Of a DNA stretch of 64,000 bases, positions 40,130 through 51,764 are shown in pieces. The notes below the pieces were generated by a model that was given only the letters and a program-made list of their open reading frames with translations, was not told where the DNA came from and ran no database searches. The stretch lies in assembly GCA_030324005.1 (NCBI GenBank), contig JARDVH010000163.1, positions 120,584,812-120,648,811 of the forward strand, in the 5' to 3' direction. The first letter of the stretch is position 1, and each line of letters begins with the position of its first letter. The stretch comes from Negaprion brevirostris (lineage: Eukaryota). The position numbers and the translations under genes are program-made.

Positions 40130-40450
40130 ATCTTAAAGAGTCAGGAAGAAGGTTGTGGGTCAAATGCCGCTCCAGGACATGAACATAAAATCGCAGCTCA
40201 TTCCACTGCAGTACTGGGGGCACGCTGCACTGTCGGAGGTACAACATTTGAGATGTTAAAGATCTGGCCTGGCCTCTCAGGTGGAAGTACAATATCCAGA
40301 AGCACATTTGAAAATGAATAGGGGAGTTCAGTGTCCTGAATGATATTTAACCCTCAATCTACGTCACTGAAACAAAGTAAGATTCACCTGTCTCAGACCT
40401 TGTTGTGCACAAATCTTTTGCCCCATCTCCAGTAATTACAGCAATTTCTC
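40130..40450 (+). mobile_element. DeuSINE-like SINE, decayed
   Basis: gctgcactgtcggaggt...gagatgttaaa...ctctcaggtgga...ggggagtt...gtgtcctg core. Confidence 0.55.
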
Positions 40451-41412
40451 AGCCCCTGCACTAAGATCAAGCGCAAAATAGGGTGCAAGGCCGCATCTTG
40501 TCAGCTTGGATCTTATTTATCTCTTTTGTGGGGACCATGAATTTATAGATTAATACCATCCCACCAAGGTCGCCAACATCTTGTGAGAATCTAGTTCCGT
40601 GATCCAAAATGCATAAGAACTCCAGTAAAGTAAAAAGCCCAGTTATACGAATTAGGAGTGGGAGTAGGCAATTGAGCCCTTGACCCCGCTCCGCCATTTA
40701 ACATGATCAAGGCTGATCTTATCCTGGTCTCAATTCCACTTGCTCGCCTGTTCCCCCGAGCTGTTGATCTGGCTTTCACTGGCAGGCACAGTAGGAAGAG
40801 AGAAGTGTAAAACTTGATTTTGTTCTGTATCACACTAATTTACAGGAATTGTCAAGAAAAGAAGCTCCAGTCACAAGGTTGCCAAGCCCTATAATAGGAT
40901 CTTATTTAACACGATTTGTCAAAAGACTTTTTATAGAAATAGTGAAAACATGAAGCTCTGGGTCTTATCTGGACAATTCATGTTGTAATAACAACCAGTG
41001 TGTCTGCCTAATGGACTTGCCTTCAGCAAAGTATTAGTTACAGGAGCAGATACTCACCAACATAAATCGATCTAAACTCCAGTATCAAATCTCACAAAAT
41101 ACAAACTCAAAGGGCAGAGTTTTCAAACGATAGTCCAAGTTGAAGCAGAGGAACATATGGCAGGTCAGGAACCCACTGGAATCTGCTGTGGGCTTAATTA
41201 TGGTTCTTTAACTGAGCGCCAGCATTAGCTTTCTGCTTCCAGGTTTCCTGCCCAATCAGCGAGGTTGGCTTGGGTGAAACACCAAATCTGTCAAAGGAAA
41301 AATTTCCCATTGNNNNNNNNNNNNNNNNNNNNNNNNNNNNNNNNNNNNNNNNNNNNNNNNNNNNNNNNNNNNNNNNNNNNNNNNNNNNNNNNNNNNNNNN
41401 NNNNNNNNNNNN

Positions 41413-41675
41413 ATTCTGGCCTTGGGTCACTGCCTGTGTGGAGTTTGCACATTCTCCCTGTGTCCACATGGGTTTCCTCTGGGTGCTCCGATTTACTTCC
41501 ACAGTTCAAAGATTTGCGGGTCAGGTTGGTTGGCCATGCTAAATTGCTTGGTGTCAGGGAGATTAGTGGGGTAAGTACGTAGAGTTATGGGAATAGGAAC
41601 TGGTTGGGATTGTTGTTGGTGCAGACTCAATGGGCCAGATGGTCTCCTTCTGCACTGTACGGATTCTATGAATTC
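41413..41675 (+). mobile_element. HE1-like V-SINE (head lost in gap)
   Basis: V-core plus HE1-type tail. Confidence 0.75.
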
Positions 41676-41773
41676 ACATGAAACAAAACCTGTGTCAATC
41701 TCAGATGTTTTAATTTGTCAGATTGCCCTGCCCTGTTCTGGTGCACCTGATGATCCAGGCTAACAAATGAGTT

Positions 41774-41790
41774 GCTGCCACCTACTGGCA
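41774..41790 (-). promoter_or_regulatory. Candidate CTCF site
   Basis: Minus strand TGCCAGTAGGTGGCAGC fits the CTCF core CCASYAGRKGGCRS. Confidence 0.4.
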
Positions 41791-42181
41791 GAGTGAAAGA
41801 TACATCATTTGAATAGAAGTATTCTTAATTTCCAGATTTATCTGATATTCCTGCCCAACACCTATAAAATTGAGTTAGCTGGTTTATGGGTAAACAACCT
41901 GGCTGATTGTGACCTGAATCTGACTAGCAGTACACTGTTCTGATTAGAGAATAGCATGAACGGGGAATTTCACAGTAACTTCATTGCAGTGTTAATGTAA
42001 GCCTTACTTGTGACTAATAAATAAACTTTAAAAACAAAAGAATGGTCAGAAAACATGGAATATCCACATTTAAAGAGTGTTAACTTGTGTATGTAAACTG
42101 TAGGAAATACATTAATGCAGTGTGTTCTTTTATGAAGAACACACTGCATTAATACTTAACTTTGGTCTTTCTTCTGTACAG

Positions 42182-42266
42182 TCCCTGGTGAAAAGAATGA
42201 TTAACTCCCTAAATAGCCAGGAGAATAAATGCCTCGGGCTTAAGATGGATGAGGAAAGATCAAAGG
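42182..42266 (+). other. Candidate poison cassette exon of SETD5
   Basis: Branch-like cttaac, pyrimidine tract and tacag acceptor; joined to exon 1 it reads GA|T CCC TGG TGA (stop at 42189-42191). Donor AGG|gtttgt, with an alternative TAG|gtgaca after 42293. Confidence 0.55.
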
Positions 42267-43089
42267 GTTTGTCTTGGCTGAGTTTGCAATTAGGTGACAG
42301 TCGCTTTTTAGACAATACATTTTTTGTAAAGATTTCTTCCCTATTTGAAATACCTCACTTGAAATTGGGAACTTGCCACATGGACAATCACAGACACGTG
42401 AGGGAATAATTCAGACGGCATGAGGGAAGGTTAAACCTACGTTCACCTGACAGTTAGAAGTCAGCCTCATAGGAGGAATTTTTTGCTAAAGTCTCCCATG
42501 AAGACCTGAATTAACCTGTTGAATAAGCCTGGTGGGCAACATTGAACTTCATGTTTTACATGTCAAAGTTTTACATAGATCCCATGTTCAAGGCAGATGC
42601 CTGCCATATATTTATATTTAATGGGGAAATCTGAGTTTTGATGCAACAAAGTTGAAGAATTACTGGAGGCTGGGTATGAGAACACTCGCCTAAATCCAGC
42701 ACTCAGTGTTGTCAAGCAGGGCTGCAATCAGTCGCTGCTAAATTTCCACACATCATTGGCCAGCCCATCTGTCAGCATGGTATAATATCAGTTTAGATTA
42801 TAGTTAGCTGCAGCTTGAATTTACATAGTGCCATTAACACAGTATAATGTCATGAGGTGCATCATGTAGAGTGGTGCCTTAATGGAGGAGAGAGGAGCAA
42901 AAATGTTTTGGGTGGGATTCCAAATCTTGGGGCTTAGCCGTCTAAAGGTATGACTGCCAATGGATGGCAAAATGAAATTGTGAGTACTGAAGAGACCAAA
43001 GTTAGAAGAATGCAAAGTTTTTGTAGGACGTTACCAGAGAAGGCGGTGCAAGATCATGTGTACAGTTCTACTCAGCATATTACAGGAAA

Positions 43090-43570
43090 GGCATAATTGT
43101 TCTGGAGAGAGTACAGAGGAGATTTACAAGAATATTGCCAAGGCTTGAAAGTTGCAGCTCTGAGGAAAGATTGGATTGGCTCGTTCCTTAGAACAGAGGA
43201 GACTAAGGAATGACCTAATGGAGGTGTACCAACTTATGATGAAATTAGATAGAGTGGACAGGAAAGACCTGTTTCCCCGAACTGAGGGGTCATTTACCAG
43301 AAGGCATAGATTTAAGGTAGTTGTTAGAAGGATTAAAGGGGACATGAGGGAAATACTTTTCACCAAGAGAGTGGTGGGTATTTGGAATTCACTGTCTGAA
43401 CCGGTAGTTGAGACTGAAATGCTCAACTCATTTCAACACTTCAGAATCTGCACCCAAAGTGCTGTAACTTGCAAGCTTATAGACCGAATGTTGGAAAGTG
43501 AGACTCAAACAAGCAGCTTGTTCCTTTTTCTCTGATTTTCATGGCAGACATTACGGGCCGAATGACTTAC
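43090..43570 (+). mobile_element. CR1-like LINE 3' fragment
   Basis: SLEQRRLRNDLMEVYQLM...FTKRVVGIWNSL. Similar pieces at 6840-7125, 7270-7395, 19185-19630 (-), 26380-26880 (-), 36830-37620 (-) and 62240-62620. Confidence 0.8.
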
Positions 43571-44396
43571 ATAACTTTTGATAGTTTTTATATAGTTTTG
43601 TGGCGAGATTTTTAACATAAGGATGAGAATTTAAAGTCTATGGGTTACTTGATCAGGATCCAAGGTGGTTAGCAAGCACAGAGATGATGAGTGAAAGGCA
43701 GATAGTGCACGTCAGGATACAGGCAACAGACCTTTGGGTGAGTTCAAATTTGTGGAAGGTGGAGGACTTGCCAGGAGAACATTAGACTAATGGAATCTGG
43801 AGCAAACAGAAACATTCAGCAGTAGATGGGATGGAATAGGTGCAAAGATGGGCAAGATTAAGGAAACTGAAACAGGCAGTCTTGGTGAATCAAAGATTAT
43901 GGGATGTAGCTCAGGGTCAAATTGGATTGATAATATTGTAGAAAGTTTTTTTCAGAATTAGACAGTAGTCAGGGATTGGGTACGGAATTGTTAGCTTGGG
44001 AGCAACATTTGGGATGGGTGGAAAGGGTCAGTGAAAGACATGTTCTGTCTTTGGGTAAACATTTGGTTATCCAATCGTGGATATCAGGTAAACAGCGTGG
44101 CAAATTAGATGCAGTGGAGTGAACAAGAGAAATGTTGACTGGGATAGAGCTCCTGTTGTCAAATAAATGTGGAATCCCATAATATGCTTTCAGATGCTGC
44201 CACCAGGTGGGGGTATGGTACGGGAGGGGGCAGCGGGCAGCATGTAAACAAGAAATAGGATTAAGACATCAGTGTATTCATCTAGCTAAGTAAATACTAG
44301 GAAGTCCTGTAATGATGCTTAGACTTGATGTTTAAGCTTAAACTCCTCCAAATACCCTTGCCTGCATGGTTGGAGGGAGTGGGGTTATTGAACATT

Positions 44397-44522
44397 GGCT
44401 GGAATTTTACCACCTGCCCGCCACAGGAATCGGAGCAGGTGAGGGGCAGACAATGGGAAGAGCCATTGACCTTAGTTGGCATTTTACGTTTTCGGAATGA
44501 GCGATGCCGTAAAATTCCACCC
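44397..44522. mobile_element. Harbinger-type MITE
   Basis: TIRs ggctggaattttac / gtaaaattccaccc; TSD ATT. Confidence 0.75.
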
Positions 44523-45209
44523 ATTGTGTTTTGACATATTTTGCCTAACTTCTTGGACTTGGGTAAAATGGGGTCCAATACAGGGGAGAGGATAGGGTGT
44601 GACTTCGTATCAGATGAACATTAACTCTATCTGATTCCAGCATCCGCAGTATTTTGCCTTTATAAGCTCTGTCTGTATGTATTATTCAGTAGATTATTTT
44701 GGAGACCATTAGACTGAGTGAATGGTTTCCGCAAATGTCAGATAGGTAAAAAGCCTAGCCTCCTTCTTAGTTCTTGTGAACTTGCACTTAATAGAGTTGA
44801 GCTGTCAACTTCTGCTTTGATGTGTTGCAACTTGTGTATGTGCAGAATTTGTGCTCTACTCTTGGGATTCATATTGTAATGTGTATAGGGAGGGAAAGAG
44901 GTTTGTTTTCTGTTTAAATTAGGTTGCTTTTAGTGGTGGTTACTAATGGGTCGCACATTCAACATGCAGAAGCAGCAGCTTTCCAGTGTTACTGTTTTCT
45001 GTAGTCTGAGTTGTGGAGTGAATGAGAATTAAAAGCATGTGAAAAGATTCATTGAAACAGGACATTGTGATCAGGAAGAAAAATGCCACATTTTATTTTG
45101 TTGTTGGTGACCTCTGCTGGTGTGATATAGAATAGAATTTTCCCAGTATATGACATTGTGGAGAGTATTCTTGTTTCTGCCTTTCTGTGTACGTAACAGG
45201 AGAGGGGAG

Positions 45210-46312
45210 TGTGATGCCACTGTACATTTAAGAAGTTTTTTTTAAATCATGGTGTCTGCAGTTTGTCAGTCAGCCTTCGTTGTGGTACTGGCTGCCTGCT
45301 TTTATTGCTGCTTAAACGTTTTAAATGGAGTTTTGTTTACTTTTACTCTGGGAGTTTATGACCTTTTCATATGTTTGGGGAAGAATGATTGACAGGCCAG
45401 ATGACAAGAGTTCTTACTTTCAGTTTTGGGCTGCTGGCTGCTATTTTAGTTAGAAGGTGTTTTACTTCAGGCTGGATGCAATGTTCTGTCTCTTTCTCCC
45501 TGATGTTTTGGAGAGGAGTTCTGACTTCAAGTTTGTCTGTGTGTGTCAAGAAAGCTGCAGAATGCATCCAAGGGACGAAGTTCCAGCATCATGTGAGCAT
45601 TCTTTTTTCAGTGCTAAACCTGTGGTAGGTATTTGTTTATTGGATTTGTTTGATTGGAACAGAATTATCCATTAATGTTTATACAGTGTCATGTTTTTTT
45701 CTCTTGTTTGTAATTTGCATTAGCTATTGTTATATGTCAGCTATACTTCCAAATAAACTTTGATGAAGTCTGCCTAGTGGGTCATTTGAATCATACCTGA
45801 AGTGAAGCACCTCATGCTTCTTGAGAAGGTAAGAGGGCATGGGATCCAAGGGGCTTTGGCCTTGTGGATCCAGAACTGGCTTGCCTGCAGAAGNNNNNNN
45901 NNNNNNNNNNNNNNNNNNNNNNNNNNNNNNNNNNNNNNNNNNNNNNNNNNNNNNNNNNNNNNNNNNNNNNNNNNNNNNNNNNNNNNNNNNNNNCTCAGAG
46001 GGTGGTGAGTGAATGGAATCAGCTGCCGTCAGTGGTGGTGGAGGCGAACTCGCTGGGGTCTTTTAAAAGATTTCTGGATGAGTACATGGGATTTAATGGG
46101 ATTGGGGGTTATAGATAGGTCTATGGATTGGTACGTATTGATGTGATCGGCGCAACTTGTGGGCCGAAGGGCCTGTTTGTGCTGTAGTGTTCTATGTTCT
46201 ATGCTTACCCTAGTCAAATTCAAAGTGCAAAACTAATGATCCAGTATTTCATAATTATCCAGTATTTTACATTTCATAAAATACTTTGAAGTTTCTGACC
46301 TGGATTATGACA
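45210..46312. mobile_element. Solo LTR (Gypsy-like) interrupted by a CR1 insertion (45820-46200)
   Basis: TGTGAT...ATGACA termini with 4-bp TSD GGAG (45206-45209 and 46313-46316); the inner CR1 is flanked by TSD ATGCTT (45814-45819 and 46201-46206). Confidence 0.7.
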
Positions 46313-47200
46313 GGAGTATTGAAAGTCTATAATAATATTTGACTGTCAGCCTGCTCCCCATTACAGTGAAAATATGTGTATTTTTATTGTTCCCTTCAAA
46401 ACCTCAGGATGTCAGAAAGCACTTTAAAGTCATTAAAGTACTTTGAAGTGTAGTTATTGTTGTAGGAAAACAATGGCAATGAAACAGATACTGTGTTATT
46501 AGCAATGTTGGTTGATTGATCAATATTGACCAGGAGACAGAGGAAACCTTCCCTGTTTTTCTTTGACTAGTGCTATGGATTAATTTCACATTCACCTAAG
46601 TTAACTTTTCTTTAATGTCTCATTTACAAGATGGTATATCTGATGCACTGAAATGTGAGTCTAGATCGTTCTCAAGTCTACAACCTTTGAATGCTAACAC
46701 TGAGGCAGGAGAAATATTTTAACATATAAGTAAGGGGTATAGTAGCATATTAGTTATGTTACTGGACTAGTAAGCCTGAGCTAATGATCAGAAGATGAGT
46801 TTACACCCCACCACAACTATTGGAAATTTAAAATAATTGAATCCAATCAGTTTTGAATAAAAAAGCTAGCCACAACATTAGTGTGTGGTAAAATAAAATC
46901 CATTTGGTTCACTAATGTCCTTTAGGGAAGGAAATCTGCCTTTCTTACCCAGTCCGACCCACACTGATGGTTGACTCTGAGCTATTGTCTGAAATTGCTA
47001 GAAACCTGCTCAGTTGTATTCAAGAAGGCGACTTAATTACCACCTTGAGGGCAGTTAGGCTTGGGAAAATAAGTGCCAATCTTATTAGCTGGAGGAAAAC
47101 TCCATTTGATATNNNNNNNNNNATAGGATTAAGTATTGGTAAGAAAAATGAAACTTCATGAGAGTTGTAAGCAAATGGTTTTTTGAATTTTTTTTTGTAG

Positions 47201-47306
47201 CCCAGAGTCGGTGGAAGCTAGTCCTGCAGTCGCTGAGAAGAACAGCTACCCAAATCACAACTATGGGAGTGCACAACATCACGGGTATAGAGGTCTGCCA
47301 TATGCA
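47201..47306 (+). CDS. SETD5: SETD5 coding exon 2 ([35 protein letters not shown])
   Basis: Acceptor tttttttgtag, donor gtaagt; 106 nt, phase compatible with exon 1; PESVEASP and GLPYA match SETD5/KMT2E. Confidence 0.95.
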
Positions 47307-47644
47307 GTAAGTATACAAGTTCTATTTCACTCAACACTATGTATATCCTGTCTGGTTGTGCTAACAAATTGTAATTGATCTGATAAAAAGAAAAAAATTT
47401 TTCAGATGCATGAAAGTACATCGCTTCTCAAACAGCCAGGTGAATATTTATGTTCCAGAGCTCGACATGTGAAGTAGTAGGGGTGTGAATTGGGAAAAGG
47501 TAGTAAATGAGATTACAAAATACTTAAAAGGGAGGAAATGAGAAGTAGGAATTAAGGGGAAATGAGGAGTAGGAGTTAAGGGGAGCATCTCAGACTGGTT
47601 AGTATTGGGTTGCAGTGTCCCACAGGATTCTGCTTTGTTTAAGT

Positions 47645-47950
47645 TCATTTAGTAGTGTAACAAGTAGGCTTATATTAATTAACATTGCAATGAAGTTACA
47701 GTGAATATCCCCTAGTCCCCACACTCCAGCGCCTGTTTGTGTACAGTGAGGGAGAATTTAGCATGGCCGATGCACCTAACCATCATGTCTTTCAGACTGT
47801 GGGAAGAAACCAGAGTACCCAGAGGAAACCCACACAGACCTGGGGAGAACATGCAGACTCCGCACAGACAGTGACCCAAGCCGGGAATCAAACCCGGGTC
47901 CCTGGCACTGTGAGGTAGCAGGACTAACCACTGTGCCACCATGCCGCCCA
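47645..47950 (-). mobile_element. V-SINE (alternative tail)
   Basis: Reverse copy of the 4055 family. Confidence 0.85.
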
Positions 47951-50900
47951 ATTAGTATGGGCCCTATGTGCATGGAAACTTTAATGCAAGTGCTCATGTC
48001 ATGCAACCCAGGAACCAGAGGAACTAAGAAATCAGAATTGATTTAAAAACTGGAATTGGCTAATAAATTGTGTAACTTTGGAGATGAACAAAAAGCAAAT
48101 AGTTGAGGGAATTATAGCTGATTAACATTAGGGAGAACAATTGCAGAAACTAAATTAAGGATCCATCTGTAAAATTATTCAGTCTAAAATACAGCATTGT
48201 GATGAATAGTGGTCATGGTTGTATTGGGGATTAACCAAAGAAAGATATTTGAATTTTAGTTAGCGATAAATGTAATGAAAAGCGAATCTCTATTTAGGTT
48301 AGCATCTAAAAACCTGGTTTAATTATTTTGTAATTCAGGATTTGCTGCTTTTTTTCCTGAAGAACATACCCAATGAATTTATTGCATTACACCAAATACC
48401 TTGCCATTTGAACCAAAGCACAGTTGTAATATTGTAATCACTTAGGAAAGTATCAAAATCTCACACTATCTGTATCCCACACACTTGTTTTTTTTTCAAG
48501 AGTACATTAATATAGATATCGTTAATATAGATATGGTACACTAATATAGATACAGTGCAAGTATTTGCACTTTATATTTAATATTTCAAGTCACAGAAGG
48601 ATATAACGTAAAAGAACACTATTTGGCCCATTGTGCTTCTGGCAGTTTTTTGAATGGACTTTTCAATCGTCCAACTCCCTGCTCTTTCCCCATACCATCA
48701 GATAATGTATTTTTCTTTTTAAGTATTTATCCTGTTCCATTTTGCAGAAGAGTAGGTGCAACCAACTGGGCCAAGCTTGAATTGCATCTTATAATCCTTA
48801 GTAATAAAAGAATGATTGAAGGGAAGTGGCTGTATCTATACTGACATTTATTATATCATCCTGTTTAATGCTAGGTATTCCATGTGTCTTTCAGTAGTTC
48901 ATTCTGATCTTCGTTTAATGTGTAAATTTTAAGGAACTGTCAGGGGGAAGAACATAAGAACATAAGAAATAGGAGCAGGAGTAGGCCATCTAGCCCTTCG
49001 AGCCTGCCCTGCCATTCAATAAGANNNNNNNNNNNNNNNNNNNNNNNNNNNNNNNNNNNNNNNNNNNNNNNNNNNNNNNNNNNNNNNNNNNNNNNNNNNN
49101 NNNNNNNNNNNNNNNNNNNNNNNNACATTTGGAAAATAATCACCAAGGCATCCACTATCACCTCCGCCAAGAAACATTGAGGTGTGTTAGTGGTACCAAG
49201 TTGAAGGGCATGAAATCATACCAAATGGAATTGTTGGACATATTTTCTTTGAAATTCACTAAGAAAGTAGATCTTTGTGCTCTTTCCTTAAGTGCACATC
49301 CTGCCCTAACCCATCCCATTTCTTGCAGAGAAATTGGTAAAGATGCAGAAAAAGAACAGTAATGCTTGTCCTGTTTTCTGAGCTATTTGGTATGATACAT
49401 AATAATAAAAGCAAAATACTGTGGGTGCTGGAATCTGAAACAAAAATAGAACCTGCTGGAAACTCTCAGCAGGTCTGATAGCATTTGTGGAGAGAGAATA
49501 GAGTCAGATCTTCCTGACCCGCAGAGGCCACATAAATAGCACAAGATCAGGAAGGCACTATAAATTGGAATTTGCAGTCAAAAACCCTAAATGGTTTACT
49601 TTCCTGTCTTCATTCCTGCTCTTTATTGGAAAATGAAAATCCAGCCCTCTTACTGTCTACAGATGCTGCCAGATCTGCAAAATATTCCCAGCCTTTTCTG
49701 TTATTGTTAAATTATTTACTTGTCACTGGCTATGTCTATGTAACGGTGCTATTGTGCCACAAGCAGTTGACTGATTTCTAGTCCACTATGTTTTACACCT
49801 TCAGGATCTGTTTTTATTAGTTCCATACTTGGGACAATAATAAAAACATTCCTAATTGCTACTGAAAATGTACAATGCTGCATAGTCTTGATGGATGCTT
49901 TTGTCATGAAACAAAATGCTTTTACTCGTATCTGAAGATTATGCTTGTATCTCAAGACCCCAGAACGCTTTGTACCTGATCATGCAGTTTTGGTTTTGTT
50001 AAAGGAGGGATAGCTGTGGGTCTTAATTTTTTCCAGCTGAAGTGCTATATTCATATGAAGATGAGCCTATCTCACATTCAAGATCATTTTAATGCTGCAT
50101 TCCAAACATTTCTTCTGTACAATCTGTTAGCTTTTATAACTAGGCAACTCTAGCATACTTGGTAATGAGGCACCTGCAAGTTTTACCACAGGATAATTTC
50201 CAACTGGTGAGTTTTCCTCTTGGCTGAGATACTATTTTCAGGAATACTCGGGGAGTAGTTTAAATGTTTTCACATGTCTCTTAGCATCAAATTACAAACA
50301 AGCCATTGCACTTAATGTTGAGCCATTGCCTACTCTCAGGAGGTATAAGGGAATAGGGGCCCAAATGAGCAGTTCCTTTAAACTTGTAGGGAATAGAAAT
50401 CTCAAAGGAAAAAATTAAAAACAGGTGCTGTGTTGTAGCTAGAACTGGAAATACTTGGGAATGAAGAGTAATTCAGTCAAGCTGCTTTGTTAACTGTGTA
50501 AAGTGTAGATGTAACTTCCTTTCAAGGGATGGAGTTTGATTGTAATATATTGAACATATCTTCCTATCCAACTTCAGCAGACCAAGACAGAACCTCCTGT
50601 ACTTTACCATCTAATTTGGAACCACAAAATTCTTCGATTCAAATCAAGGAATATTTCAAACTAGTCTTCAAAGTGAAGACTAGTTACAGGGAGTGAAATC
50701 CTTCCCACCTCATTGTGTTGGATTACTCTGCACTCTGGATAAAACAGTTGACCTTAGAAATGGTTAATGTGAAGTTCTAAGTTTGATAGTTGTTTCTTAA
50801 GTGAGTGAGGAAATGTTAACACATTGTAAAGAAAATTGCAGATGATTGTATATTGACTAATACTTGCAAATAAGAAATTGGTTAATATTGTTGCTGTAAT

Positions 50901-51026
50901 AAGATTTTTTATTCACTGAAATAAAAAGCCAACTGTTGAAAACTAGTTGTCTCAATGCTTCTTCATGTATTTTTAAAATCTGTGTCACTTTATGTGTCCT
51001 CATGGCCTTTATTATTGTGTTCTAAG

Positions 51027-51238
51027 GACCACAACTATGGTGCTCCACCACCTCCAACACCCCCAGCCTCACCACCTCCACAGACCATCATTGCCCGAGT
51101 CGAGTTGAATAGACTACGTTGCCAGCGATATGATGATAATTCTGAGGATAGTGAAAGTTCGTCTGAGGATGAGAACATTCCCTGGTGTCATTGTAGCTTA
51201 ACTCAGGATGGTTTTATTATCGCTTGTGAAAACTGCAG
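51027..51238 (+). CDS. SETD5: SETD5 coding exon 3 (DHNYGAPPPPTPPASPPPQTIIAR...WCHCSLTQDGFIIACENC-R); possible alternative in-frame acceptor at 51084
   Basis: Acceptor tctaag, donor AG|gtatga; 212 nt; contains the HCF-1-binding motif DHNY, a Pro-rich tract and a half-PHD C-x-C...C-x2-C motif. Confidence 0.92.
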
Positions 51239-51705
51239 GTATGAAGTGGCACTGAATGTTGAGGGTTTGTTTTTGTAGGGGTGGGAATATATCATTGGTT
51301 TGGCATAAACTGCATGGTGTTAATTCACTGATGGGACACCTCCCTATAAAGAAAATTATCAGTAAAAGCCAGTTTGACAGCAGTTTCATTAGTGTTTGCA
51401 ATTAGTTGTTTTACGTTTGCAAACAGTATTCAGCATGATCCATGGAATATGTTCAAGGTTATTTTTGGTTTTTAAAAAAAACTTTTAAAAATCCCTAAAT
51501 TGTAGTACTTCTTGATGAAAAATCATGGTAGAACTAATGGCCATTTTTTTTTTCAATTTACTTTTACGTGGTAAAGTAGGACTAGATTTCTGAACAGTCT
51601 GCCCTAATCCTTTGAGAGAAGCTGAATCAATATCGGTTTAAATTCTTCATTACACGTTTGGTCCTCAGTAATTCATTGTGTTGTAATCTGTGTTGATATT
51701 CACAG

Positions 51706-51764
51706 GGGACTGGATAGGCGGAAGGTCATCAGACTCCAGCGCAGGAAGCAGGAGAATGTGTCTG
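51706..51764 (+). CDS. SETD5: SETD5 coding exon 4 (GLDRRKVIRLQRRKQENVS-G)
   Basis: Acceptor cacag, donor gtaagg; 59 nt, phase 2 to 1; matches human [20 protein letters not shown]. Confidence 0.93.

Noticed and set aside
42122-42409. 95-aa ORF overlapping the candidate poison exon
   Set aside because: It has no recognisable homology, a non-ATG start, and is out of frame with SETD5 exon 1.
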